A stretch of DNA of 64,000 nucleotides, from positions 17,037-81,036 of the forward strand of contig JANPDL010000008.1 in assembly GCA_031431475.1 (NCBI GenBank). The letters run 5' to 3'. A program made the translations under genes and the position numbers. The notes beneath the pieces are model-generated. The model made no database searches. It was not told where the DNA came from and was given only the letters and a program-made list of their open reading frames with translations. Below are positions 37,144-46,416 of this stretch, one piece after another; position 1 is the stretch's first letter; each line of letters opens with the position of its first letter. This stretch comes from Hyphomicrobiales bacterium. GTDB lineage: Bacteria > Pseudomonadota > Alphaproteobacteria > Rhizobiales > Beijerinckiaceae.

Positions 37144-38258
37144 TTGCCGAAACCTTTGTAATGATTGCGGAATGTCGTATTTTCATGCGGTATCGTCACA
37201 TGGCCGCCAAAAAGAGAATGCTTGTGCCATGGCGTCGCATGGGCATCCGTCAGCGCATTCAGATCGCGCATGTAAGGCACGCTTTCCTTTCGCAGCCCGG
37301 TGCGAATCGCATCCCAGTCCGGGAAATGCTGGAATGGCTTCAACCAGATAGCGCGGCCCGCAAGATAGCCGCTGGCTCCGGCCGCATAGGCGTGCTCCAT
37401 CACATTTCGGAACTCCGCCATGCCAGCGCCTGCCGAAAGCATGACCCATGGTCGTCCGGCGAGCTTGCCCATTTCCTTGAATATCTTCTGCACCTTGTCG
37501 GCGCCTTCACCCTTGAGGCCTGGGACGGCTTTTGCAGGCAAGGGGCTCTCAAGTTTGAAGATGTCGATACCAAAGTTAGCCGGCGAAAAAGCGCGAACGC
37601 TCTCCAGCACGTGATCCGAGTGCTTGGCGCTCATCTCGATATAATCCTTGGTCTGGTTCGCTTCGCCCGCCAGCGGATAGACCAGCAGTTCAAACAGATA
37701 GGGAATATCGTATTTGACACAGGCCGCACCGATACGTTCGGCAAAATCTTTCTGCTTCATCCGCACGGACGGACTGGCATCGGGGCGATACCAGGCCAGC
37801 ACCTTCACGGCATCTCCGCCTGAGCGCTTGATCTTCTCGACCGACCAGTTGTCGATCTCGGCGGAAAGCCTGCCGCCCTTGTTCTCGGTGAAGATCGAAT
37901 CCTCCAGCGTGACGATCAGGCCCTTCGTGGGCGAGAGCACGCTCAGGCCCCTGGGAAGCGCGAAATGCGGGTCCAGAAGCATGGCGGAGCTTTCCTTCTG
38001 CAACTCCTCCACCAGCATCAGCTTGAATCCTGCGACATCCTCATAGGGCGCTTCTGCTGTGCCGCGCTTCTCCCGGATGGGGTTCTTGATCGGCGGGCGC
38101 TGGTCCACCGCCGTCATCTTGAACAGACCTTTTTCATCCGCCATGCGGCGCATGCCCCAGAGCTTTCCCGGAGAGAGCTTTCCCGGAGAGAGCTTGCCAG
38201 TTAAAAGTCCGGCGGTTGGTTCGCTTGCGCTGGTTTTGCTTGCGACAGATTTGGCCAT
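37140..38258 (-). CDS. class I aldolase of the LacD/YihT (tagatose-bisphosphate aldolase-like) family
   Basis: FKMTAVDQRPPI, GGDAVKVLAWYRPDA, GIDIFKLESP (putative Schiff-base Lys), PWVMLSAGAG. The N-terminal ~35 aa are low complexity (GKLSPGKLSPGKL). ATG 38258 overlaps the kinase stop (ATGA). An alternative start is ATG 38153. Confidence 0.7.
   Translation of the reverse strand: MAKSVASKTSASEPTAGLLTGKLSPGKLSPGKLWGMRRMADEKGLFKMTAVDQRPPIKNPIREKRGTAEAPYEDVAGFKLMLVEELQKESSAMLLDPHFALPRGLSVLSPTKGLIVTLEDSIFTENKGGRLSAEIDNWSVEKIKRSGGDAVKVLAWYRPDASPSVRMKQKDFAERIGAACVKYDIPYLFELLVYPLAGEANQTKDYIEMSAKHSDHVLESVRAFSPANFGIDIFKLESPLPAKAVPGLKGEGADKVQKIFKEMGKLAGRPWVMLSAGAGMAEFRNVMEHAYAAGASGYLAGRAIWLKPFQHFPDWDAIRTGLRKESVPYMRDLNALTDAHATPWHKHSLFGGHVTIPHENTTFRNHYKGFGK
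38161..38195. repeat. in-frame 15-nt tandem repeat (2.3 units of agctttcccggagag) encoding GKLSP repeats
   Basis: Perfect units at 38161-38175 and 38176-38190, with a partial third. Lies in the N-terminal extension of the aldolase. Confidence 0.9.
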
Positions 38259-39151
38259 CAGGTTTTTCCCTCAAGAAAACGTTCAACTTCGTTCCGGTCC
38301 GGAATGCCGGATCGTCCGCCGAAGCGGGTGCATTTCAAAGCGGCTACAGCGCAAGCATAGCGGACAGCCGCTGCTTCGCCCATGCCTTCGGCAAGACCCA
38401 GTGCAAAGGCACCATGCCATGTATCGCCAGCGCCCAGCGTGTCCACGACATTGACCTTGAATGCAGGTGTGTGGCGGATGGCATCGCCATCGGTCCAGAA
38501 CACGCCGTGTTCACCATCCGTGACCGCCAGCCAGTTGCCAAAGCGCTGGCGCAGTGCGGCCAGGCCTTTTGCAGAATCCGTTTCGCCCGTGATTTCCAGA
38601 CAGGCTTGTGCAGACAGGGCAGCGTGGGTGCAGGCTCCGATGATTCCGTCGTCTGCGGGTTTGCGGTCTGCATCCAGCACCGCAATAGCGCCTGCCTTGC
38701 GCGCCAATCCGAACACATGGCGAGAGCCTGCTTCCCAGCGCGTGTCGCCGAGCACGGTATTTACCCCGGCGGGCAACACTTCGGGCAGCCATTCGGTCGC
38801 TTCGGAAATGCCGGTGTCGCTATAGCTCACGATCATCCGTTCTCCGCGCTTGTCTACGAGAATGCAGGACAATGGTGACTTCTTGCCCTCGAAGCGCTTG
38901 GAGAGGCTGACATCCACGCCCTCCGCTGCAATCTCGTCCAGAATGGTGCGGCCAAGGGCGTCATCACCCAGGCGTGTTATCAGGAAGCTTTTGCCGCCCT
39001 GGCGCGCCACCGCGACCGATGCATTTGCCGCAATGCCGCCGCCGACCGTCGCCATGCGTTGCGAGCGATACTTTTCCGCGCGCTCAGGCATGCTCTCGAC
39101 CTGAAACACGTAGTCCAGAACTGCGATACCGATTGAAAGGACCGTTGCCAT
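38258..39151 (-). CDS. PfkB family sugar (phosphate) kinase
   Basis: N-terminal GIAVLDYVF...GGGIAANASVAVARQG and the PfkB signature DTLGAGDTWHGAF. 297 aa. First gene of the operon. Confidence 0.85.
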   Translation of the reverse strand: MATVLSIGIAVLDYVFQVESMPERAEKYRSQRMATVGGGIAANASVAVARQGGKSFLITRLGDDALGRTILDEIAAEGVDVSLSKRFEGKKSPLSCILVDKRGERMIVSYSDTGISEATEWLPEVLPAGVNTVLGDTRWEAGSRHVFGLARKAGAIAVLDADRKPADDGIIGACTHAALSAQACLEITGETDSAKGLAALRQRFGNWLAVTDGEHGVFWTDGDAIRHTPAFKVNVVDTLGAGDTWHGAFALGLAEGMGEAAAVRYACAVAALKCTRFGGRSGIPDRNEVERFLEGKT

Positions 39152-39283
39152 GAAATCTGGATGAGCCTGCTTAGCGGGCAGCCAAAGGGTTGGAATGAAG
39201 CCTCTTAGCCCAAGTCTTATGTCTTATACAAGACTCAATGAGAAAGGAAATCTCGCGGCGGGCGATACTGTTTCACCGAAGCC

Positions 39284-40315
39284 TTAGTGCAGGTGCTTCC
39301 ACGCCCGAAGGTCGGCCACCGTCTCTGCCATGGTGGCGCGGATATCCCGATATTGCAGGCCGAGACCCTCCTGGATTTTGCCAGTATCGAACTGCACACT
39401 GCGCCCCAGATGTGTCTTCATGTAGCTCGCGGCACCCGGAGGTTGCGTGAAGGCGAAAAAACGCCCGATGAACGAGCCCAGCCAGAAGTCGATGGCTCGC
39501 GTCGGCAATTTGTCGCCAGGTTTGGCCATCGGCTTCAGCATGTCGATCAATTGTCGCATCGTGATGTTTTCGGCAGCGCAGAGATAACGCCCTTCTGCGG
39601 AAGGAGCTTCTGCGGCAAGGATATGTGCCAGCGCCACATCGCGTACATCCACCATGCCCCAGTTCAGCTGCATGATGGCCGGAAAGACGCCGGTCAGGGC
39701 CTCCACGATGATCTGGTTCGAGGTGTTGAGGGCAGGCGTCAGGCTGGGGCCGATGACGAGGAAAGGATTGATCACCACGAGATCAAAATGCGGCTTTTCC
39801 TTCTCCATAAAGGCCCAGGCCGTGCGCTCACCTTCGCTCTTCGAAAAGTAATAGGGATTGCGAACAAGCGAGCTTCTGGCGTTCCAGTCCTTCTCAGTCA
39901 GCACGCGACCATCCGGCTCGTCCGTCACGGCCGCCATGGATGACGTGAGCACCACGCGCTTGACAGATGGTGATTTCGCGCAGGCTCGCAGCACATTGAG
40001 CGTGCCCTTGACGGCGGGGTCGACGAGATCTCTTTGCGCATCCTTGAATTCAAGTACATAGGGGCTCGCCATGTGAAACACGGTTTCCGCACCCCTCACC
40101 GCCGCATCATATGCGCCCTCGGTCAGAAGATTTGCCTCGACGAGCTCCATCCGCTCCGCAGCACCGGGCAGGGCCATGATCTTGGGATTTTCCGTGGCTT
40201 TGGCGGTGTAACGCACTGTTCCCCGCACGGTGTAGCCGCGAGACAGCAGCTGCGCCGCCGTATGCGCCGCGATGAAACCCGTGAGGCCGGTGATGGTGAC
40301 GAGGCGGTTGGCCAT
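39284..40315 (-). CDS. extended SDR, aldehyde reductase (dihydroflavonol/cinnamoyl-CoA reductase-like)
   Basis: Start placed at MANRLVTITGLTGFIAAH (ATG 40315). GxxGxxA dinucleotide motif and catalytic YYFSK. Confidence 0.8.
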   Translation of the reverse strand: MANRLVTITGLTGFIAAHTAAQLLSRGYTVRGTVRYTAKATENPKIMALPGAAERMELVEANLLTEGAYDAAVRGAETVFHMASPYVLEFKDAQRDLVDPAVKGTLNVLRACAKSPSVKRVVLTSSMAAVTDEPDGRVLTEKDWNARSSLVRNPYYFSKSEGERTAWAFMEKEKPHFDLVVINPFLVIGPSLTPALNTSNQIIVEALTGVFPAIMQLNWGMVDVRDVALAHILAAEAPSAEGRYLCAAENITMRQLIDMLKPMAKPGDKLPTRAIDFWLGSFIGRFFAFTQPPGAASYMKTHLGRSVQFDTGKIQEGLGLQYRDIRATMAETVADLRAWKHLH

Positions 40316-40328
40316 TCTGCTATCCCTT

Positions 40329-41495
40329 TTATGCCGCGAGATCGGCCACGATGGCATCCAGGACCGGGAACCCTGCGGATGTCACGCGCAGCTTGCCATT
40401 GGCCAGAACCTCGACAAGGCCGTCCTCTGTCAGAAATGCGACCTGTTTGGGACTGATGCTTCTCCCTGAAAGCGTCTGGTAGCGCGCAAGGTCAATACCT
40501 TCGCGCAACCGCAAGCCCATCACCAGCATTTCATCGCCCTGTTCTTCGGCGTTGAGCGCATCGTCCTCGATCAGGCCGTGGCCATTGGCCTCGACAGCCT
40601 TCAGCCACGCTTCAGGGGATTTTTCGGTGGACTGCGCCCGGCGTTGTCCGTTAATTACCAGCCGCCCATGCGCGCCGGGACCGACGCCTGCGTATTCCTG
40701 ATAACGCCAGTAAACGAGATTGTGCCTGCTCTCGGCACCTGCCCTGGCGTGGTTGGAAATCTCATAGGCTGGCATGCCGTGCTTCTCCGTCACCTCTTGA
40801 GTGACATCCCACAGTGCGCGACCCAGAGCCTCATCCGGGATTGGTAGCTTGCCTGCCCGGTGCAGCGCCGCGAAAGCCGTATCGGGCTCGATAGTCAGTT
40901 GATAGAGCGAAAGATGCTCCGCCGCATGGCTAATGGCGGTTTCGAGCTCTGCCCGCCACATCGCCGGGGACTGTTGAGGTGAGCGGGCATAGATCAGATC
41001 AAAGGAATAGCGATCGAAGATGCTCGCCGCTGTCTTCACGGCCTTGAGGGCTTCTTCTACACTGTGCATTCGGCCCAACGCCTTCAGGTCACCATCATGC
41101 AGTGCCTGCACGCCGATGGAGAGCCGGTTGATACCTGCCGAGCGGTAGCCGCGAAAGCGTTCGGCCTCGACACTGGTGGGATTAGCTTCAAGCGTGATTT
41201 CGGCATCGGGTGCAACACCCCAAGCGCCAGCGATGGCATCGAGAATGCCAGCAACTGTCTCGGGTTGCATAAGTGACGGTGTGCCTCCGCCGAAGAAGAT
41301 GCTCGAAACTGTTCGATTCGGGGCGGATATCGCACGGTGTGCGATATCCGCCCGAAATGCATCGAGATATCGCCTCTGATCTGGTTTCTGGTGCCTGACA
41401 TGGCTGTTGAAATCGCAATACGGGCATTTGGCCAGACAGAACGGCCAATGCACATAGACGCCGAAAGCGTCGCTCATGCCGTGCTCGTCAGGCAC
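40329..41495 (-). CDS. hemW: radical SAM heme chaperone HemW (HemN-like, oxygen-independent coproporphyrinogen oxidase family)
   Basis: YVHWPFCLAKCPYCDFNS, GGGTPS. 388 aa. The start may be the internal ATG 41477, which abuts the rdgB stop. Confidence 0.85.
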   Translation of the reverse strand: MPDEHGMSDAFGVYVHWPFCLAKCPYCDFNSHVRHQKPDQRRYLDAFRADIAHRAISAPNRTVSSIFFGGGTPSLMQPETVAGILDAIAGAWGVAPDAEITLEANPTSVEAERFRGYRSAGINRLSIGVQALHDGDLKALGRMHSVEEALKAVKTAASIFDRYSFDLIYARSPQQSPAMWRAELETAISHAAEHLSLYQLTIEPDTAFAALHRAGKLPIPDEALGRALWDVTQEVTEKHGMPAYEISNHARAGAESRHNLVYWRYQEYAGVGPGAHGRLVINGQRRAQSTEKSPEAWLKAVEANGHGLIEDDALNAEEQGDEMLVMGLRLREGIDLARYQTLSGRSISPKQVAFLTEDGLVEVLANGKLRVTSAGFPVLDAIVADLAA

Positions 41496-42115
41496 GCCGC
41501 TGCCAGAGCCATGAAAGCCCTTGCCCGGTGTGAAAGCCCGGTGCCCAGCGGCGGAACACCGTGCTTTTCTTCGGGCGAAAGCTCCGAGAATGTACGGGTA
41601 TGGCCGACTGGGACGAACATAGGATCATATCCGAACCCTGCCTTGCCGCGAGGCGGCCATGTCAGCGTTCCAGGGCAACGACCCTCGAATAACTCCTCGT
41701 GTCCGTCAGGCCACGCAATGACGAGCGCCGAGACGAACTTGCCCGTAGCCCCTTCTACCGCATGGCCACGCTTTTCCAGTTCATCATGCAGCCGCTGCAT
41801 GGCGCGATCCCAGCTGCGGGGATGGCCCGCCCAGTCCGCGGTAAACAGCCCCGGCGCACCGTCCAATAGATCGACAGAAAGTCCAGAGTCATCCGAGAAT
41901 GCGGGAAGTCTCGTCGCAGCCGCAGCTGCACGCGCCTTGATCGCCGCGTTCTCGGCATACATTGTGCCATTCTCCACAGGTTCCGGCAGGCCAAGCTCTG
42001 CTGCCGACACAAGCTCGATGCCATATGGCGCCATCAACTCGCGCATTTCCTTGAGTTTGCCAGCGTTGTGCGTGGCAAGCACCACCTTGCCAGTGAGTGC
42101 GCGGTGCATGCTCAC
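41474..42115 (-). CDS. rdgB: dITP/XTP pyrophosphatase (Ham1/RdgB)
   Basis: [12 protein letters not shown]...[10 protein letters not shown]...GFGYDPMF...SHRARA. 213 aa. Confidence 0.9.
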   Translation of the reverse strand: MSMHRALTGKVVLATHNAGKLKEMRELMAPYGIELVSAAELGLPEPVENGTMYAENAAIKARAAAAATRLPAFSDDSGLSVDLLDGAPGLFTADWAGHPRSWDRAMQRLHDELEKRGHAVEGATGKFVSALVIAWPDGHEELFEGRCPGTLTWPPRGKAGFGYDPMFVPVGHTRTFSELSPEEKHGVPPLGTGLSHRARAFMALAAACLTSTA

Positions 42116-42825
42116 ATCACCGCCATCTTCTGCAGTTCGACCAGCTTCGTCGTGGCCTTCTTGGCGAGTCCAAGCAGCTCAATCAACTGTTCCTCGCTGA
42201 ACGGCTCGCCCTCCGCAGTGCCCTGCACCTCCACGATGCCGCCCTTGCCCGTGATGACGAAATTGGCATCGGTGGCGCAGTTTGAATCCTCGGCGTAATC
42301 GAGGTCCATCACAGCCACGCCCTGATAGATGCCACAGGAGACGCCAGCCACGTGATCCTTCAGCGGATTGGCCGCGAGCATCTTGCGGGCATTCATCCAT
42401 TGCAGCGCATCATGCAGCGCCACCCAAGCCCCGGTGATCGACGCCGTGCGTGTGCCACCATCAGCCTGCAGCACGTCGCAGTCGATGGTGATCTGCCGCT
42501 CGCCAAGCGCTTGGAGATCAACCACCGCGCGCAGCGACCTGCCGATCAACCGCTGGATTTCCTGCGTGCGCCCGGATTGCTTTCCGGAAGTCGATTCGCG
42601 CCGGGTACGCTCATGTGTTGCACGCGGCAGCATCGAATATTCCGCCGTCACCCAGCCCGATCCTTTGCCGCGCAGCCAGGCCGGAGGCTTCTCCTCGATC
42701 GAGGCCGTGCACAGCACATGTGTTTCACCGAATTTTACGAGACAGGAGCCCTCGGCGTAGCGCGCAACGCTGCGTTCGAGACTGACTTTGCGCATTTCAT
42801 CAGGATTGCGCTTGGATGGACGCAT
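42112..42825 (-). CDS. rph: ribonuclease PH
   Basis: Start placed at [14 protein letters not shown] (ATG 42825, SD ggag), giving 237 aa. Motifs [19 protein letters not shown] and [19 protein letters not shown]. Confidence 0.95.
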   Translation of the reverse strand: MRPSKRNPDEMRKVSLERSVARYAEGSCLVKFGETHVLCTASIEEKPPAWLRGKGSGWVTAEYSMLPRATHERTRRESTSGKQSGRTQEIQRLIGRSLRAVVDLQALGERQITIDCDVLQADGGTRTASITGAWVALHDALQWMNARKMLAANPLKDHVAGVSCGIYQGVAVMDLDYAEDSNCATDANFVITGKGGIVEVQGTAEGEPFSEEQLIELLGLAKKATTKLVELQKMAVM

Positions 42826-42923
42826 GGTGACTCCGGTGTTGGGATGGCGCGTTCTAGGGGTTGTTTGGGTGGTTGTCATCCCCGCTGGTTGCGAACTTCC
42901 GCCCAACCCGCCACATTACCCTC

Positions 42924-44009
42924 ATGTCGAAACCGACCGACCTCAAAACCTTCGATTCGGGCCTGCTTTCGCAGCTTGATGACCGCTCGCGCGAGATTTT
43001 CCGGCGTATTGTCGATGGCTATCTGTCGAGCGGCGAGCCTCTGGGTTCGCGCAATCTGTCGAAGATCATCCCCATGGCGTTGTCTCCGGCATCTGTGCGC
43101 AATGTCATGGCTGATCTGGAGGGGCTTGGCCTGATTTATTCACCCCACACCAGCGCCGGCCGCCTGCCAACCGAAGTAGGCCTGCGGTTCTTCGTGGATG
43201 CGATGCTGCAAGTGGGTGATCTTACACCGCAGGAACAAGCCGCCATCGAGGGGCAGGTATCCAACGCAGCCAACGGTGCTCAAAGTGTCGATGACGTGCT
43301 GGCGCAGGCCTCCCAGATGCTCTCCGGGCTGTCGCGCGGCGCGGCTGTGGTGACGACCAGCAAAGGTGCGCGGCAGCTGAAGCACATCGAATTCGTGCGC
43401 CTTGAACCGACACGCGCCTTGGTGGTTTTGGTCAGCGAGGACGGCGCGGTGGAAAACCGCGTCCTGCCCCTGCCGCCGGGGCTTCCGGCGAGTGCACTTT
43501 CCGAGGCGTCCAATTATCTCAATGCCCGCATCCGGGGCCGGACACTGGGCGAGGTTCGCACCGAAATCGAGGCGGCGGAGAAACTGGCGCGGCTGGAACT
43601 GGACGAACTGACACAGCGGCTCGTGCAGGCGGGTCTGGCCTCATGGGCCGGTCTTGAGGGGGACAACCAGCAGCTGATCGTGCGCGGTCAGGCGAACCTG
43701 CTGGACGATCTCCGGGCAGTCGATGATCTGGAGCGGATTCGCCTGCTTTTCGCCGATCTAGAAACCAAGAAGGACGTGATCGATCTGCTGGGCCGCGCCG
43801 AAACAGGGGAGGGCGTGCGCATCTTCATAGGCTCGGAGAACAAGCTGTTTTCGCTCTCCGGCTCCTCCATGATCGCTGCGCCGTTCCGCGACGGCAATCG
43901 CAAGATAGTCGGCGTGCTGGGCGTGATCGGCCCAACACGGCTGAACTATGCGCGCATTGTGCCGATGGTGGATTACACCGCAAAGGTGGTGGGGCGGTTG
44001 CTGGGGTGA
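42924..44009 (+). CDS. hrcA: heat-inducible transcription repressor HrcA
   Basis: Start placed at [11 protein letters not shown] (42924). [30 protein letters not shown]...[30 protein letters not shown]. Confidence 0.95.
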   Translation: MSKPTDLKTFDSGLLSQLDDRSREIFRRIVDGYLSSGEPLGSRNLSKIIPMALSPASVRNVMADLEGLGLIYSPHTSAGRLPTEVGLRFFVDAMLQVGDLTPQEQAAIEGQVSNAANGAQSVDDVLAQASQMLSGLSRGAAVVTTSKGARQLKHIEFVRLEPTRALVVLVSEDGAVENRVLPLPPGLPASALSEASNYLNARIRGRTLGEVRTEIEAAEKLARLELDELTQRLVQAGLASWAGLEGDNQQLIVRGQANLLDDLRAVDDLERIRLLFADLETKKDVIDLLGRAETGEGVRIFIGSENKLFSLSGSSMIAAPFRDGNRKIVGVLGVIGPTRLNYARIVPMVDYTAKVVGRLLG

Positions 44010-44094
44010 CATCTCCACCTTGACCCCGCGTATAGGTCAACTAACTTGACCCAAACAATCAAGGCGGGGCGCTGACCCTGCCATCGGAGGAACC

Positions 44095-45069
44095 ATGCTG
44101 AACCGTCGTGCGCTGCTCGCTGGCGCATCTGCCGCCCTGCTTCCTGCTTCCGCCTTCGCCCAGTCCATTTGGCCGGACGGAAAGACGATCAAGGGCATCG
44201 TTCCCTTCGCGGCTGGTAGTGCCACGGATACCATCGCGCGGGTCTATGCGGATCAGATGTCGAAGACGCTGGGGGCCTCGATCATCATCGAAAACCGGGC
44301 CGGGGCCAACGGCATGCTGGGGGCGGATGCCGCTGCGAAATCTGCGCCCGACGGTCTCACCATTCTTTTCGGCACCAATTCAACCAATGCCGCCGCGCCC
44401 GCGCTGTTCAAGACGGTGCCCTTCGACCACGAGAAGGATTTTGCGCCGATCGCCTACATGGGTTCTGTGCCGCTGCTGGTGTGCGTCGCCAACAAGGTGG
44501 AGGCTAAAACGCTGAAAGAGCTGATTGCGCTTGCCAAGGCCAGTCCCGGCAAGCTGAACTTCGGTTCGGCTTCATCCTCGCAGCGGGTGTCAACAGAGAT
44601 GATGATGAGCATGGCGGGCATCAAGATGAATCTCGTGACCTACCGCGCCTCACCACAGGCCGTGACGGATCTCATCAGCGGGCAGATCGATGTTTTCGTG
44701 GCCGATCTCGCCGTGATGCTGCCGCAGGTACAATCCGGCACCGTTCGCGCCCTCGCTGCCACATCGGCCAAGCGTGTGCCGCAATTGCCGGATCTGCCGA
44801 CAGTGGAGGAGGCAGCCGGCCTCACGGGTTACGAACTCATCGCGTGGTTCGGCGCTTTTGCGCCAACCGGAACGCCACCCGCCGTAATCGCCCGGCTCAA
44901 TGACGCCATCGTCAAGGCATCGGCCAGTACCGAGGTGCAGGACAAGCTGGGCAAGGGTTTGGGGATTGCGGTTTCCTCATCGACGCCAGAGCAGCTTGCT
45001 GCAAACGTGCGCACTGAGGGGGCGAAATGGCAAAAAGCCGTTACTGACGCGGGCATCGAGAAGCAGTAG
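44095..45069 (+). CDS. Bug family (TctC-like) tripartite tricarboxylate transporter substrate-binding protein
   Basis: Signal MLNRRALLAGASAALLPASAFAQ, then VPFAAGSATDTIARV...ENRAGANG. 324 aa. Confidence 0.85.
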   Translation: MLNRRALLAGASAALLPASAFAQSIWPDGKTIKGIVPFAAGSATDTIARVYADQMSKTLGASIIIENRAGANGMLGADAAAKSAPDGLTILFGTNSTNAAAPALFKTVPFDHEKDFAPIAYMGSVPLLVCVANKVEAKTLKELIALAKASPGKLNFGSASSSQRVSTEMMMSMAGIKMNLVTYRASPQAVTDLISGQIDVFVADLAVMLPQVQSGTVRALAATSAKRVPQLPDLPTVEEAAGLTGYELIAWFGAFAPTGTPPAVIARLNDAIVKASASTEVQDKLGKGLGIAVSSSTPEQLAANVRTEGAKWQKAVTDAGIEKQ

Positions 45070-45075
45070 CATCCT

Positions 45076-46416
45076 GTGAAGTCGATCCGCATCGGTTCCG
45101 GCGCGGGTTATGCGGCGGATCGCTGGGAGCCTGCTCTTGAGCTGATCGAAACGGCTGATCTCGATTACATCGCCTTTGAATGTCTGGCGGAGCGCACCAT
45201 CGCCATGGGGCAGCTGGAAAAGCTGCGCGATCCTGACAGGGGTTACAATCCGTATCTTGAGGACCGCTGGCGCATGGTGCTGGGTCCGGCAAAAGCGCGT
45301 GGCGTCAGGATCATCACCAACATGGGCGCTGCGAACCCAAAGGCAGCCGCGCGGCGCACTCTGGCGTTGGCGAAGGAAATGGGCTTGCCGCCGCTGAAAG
45401 TGGCAGTGATCACCGGCGATGATGTCTCCGCGTTGGTGCAGGCGCATCCTGACATGCCGATGATGGAAACGGGAGAACCCGTCGGCAGTCTCGGCAACAG
45501 CATGATTTCAGCCAATGCCTATCTCGGCGCTGAGCCGATCCGCGATGCCTTGGCGATGGGCGCTGACGTGGTGATCACGGGACGTGTCGCCGACCCCTCG
45601 CTGTTTCTCGGCCCCATGATGCATGCTTTCGGCTGGAAATCTGATGATTGGCCAAGGATCGCGGCAGGCACTGCGCTGGGCCATCTGCTGGAATGCGCGG
45701 GACAGGTCACCGGCGGCTACTTCGCCGATCCCGGTGTGAAGGATGTGGCTGGGCTGGACCGGCTGGGATTTCCCTTCGCCGAGGTTTCCGTCGATGCATC
45801 CGCCTGGATCAGCAAGGCGTCCGGTTCCGGCGGCGCGGTAACACCCGCGACCTGCACTGAGCAGATCCTCTACGAATGCGGCGATCCCGCGCGCTACATC
45901 ACACCGGATTGCGTGGCAGATTTCACTGGCTTGCGATTTGATCAGCTAAAGCCTGATCACGTCTCGGTTTCGGGTGCGAGAGCTTTGCCCCGTACGGAAA
46001 CGCTGAAAACGACGGTGTGCTACCACGCCGGGCATATCGGCGAGGGCCATGTCGGCTACGTCGGTCCGAATGCGCTTGCGCGGGCGGAATTGGCAGCGGG
46101 CATCGTGCGTTCGCGGCTGGCCCAACGCCATCTTGATCTCGAAGCACTTCGAATCGACCTCATAGGAGTAAATTCTCTGCATGGCTCAGCTTCGCCCGCA
46201 GAAAGCGAACCTTATGAAGTGCGGCTACGCGTTGCTGCCCGCAGCATGAACCGTCGTCACGCGGAGTACGTCGCACAGGAAACGCAGTCGCTTCTCACCA
46301 ATGGCCCCTATGGTGGCGGCGGTGATTTCATGCAGGTCCGCGATCTCGTGGGCGTGCGCTCCGTGCTGATGCCGCGCGGCTGGATCACGCCGCGGGTCGA
46401 GGTGCTGACCTCATGA
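45076..46416 (+). CDS. AtuA-like protein (DUF1446 family)
   Basis: MKSIRIGSGAGYAADRWEPALELIETADLDYIAFECLAERTIA is the typical DUF1446 N-terminus. 446 aa. GTG start. Confidence 0.75.
   Translation: MKSIRIGSGAGYAADRWEPALELIETADLDYIAFECLAERTIAMGQLEKLRDPDRGYNPYLEDRWRMVLGPAKARGVRIITNMGAANPKAAARRTLALAKEMGLPPLKVAVITGDDVSALVQAHPDMPMMETGEPVGSLGNSMISANAYLGAEPIRDALAMGADVVITGRVADPSLFLGPMMHAFGWKSDDWPRIAAGTALGHLLECAGQVTGGYFADPGVKDVAGLDRLGFPFAEVSVDASAWISKASGSGGAVTPATCTEQILYECGDPARYITPDCVADFTGLRFDQLKPDHVSVSGARALPRTETLKTTVCYHAGHIGEGHVGYVGPNALARAELAAGIVRSRLAQRHLDLEALRIDLIGVNSLHGSASPAESEPYEVRLRVAARSMNRRHAEYVAQETQSLLTNGPYGGGGDFMQVRDLVGVRSVLMPRGWITPRVEVLTS

Noticed and set aside
42826-42923. CIRCE operator (TTAGCACTC-N9-GAGTGCTAA) near hrcA or grpE
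   Set aside because: No match is seen in the rph-hrcA spacer or in 19657-19720. In this group CIRCE is usually at groES/groEL, which are not in the window.
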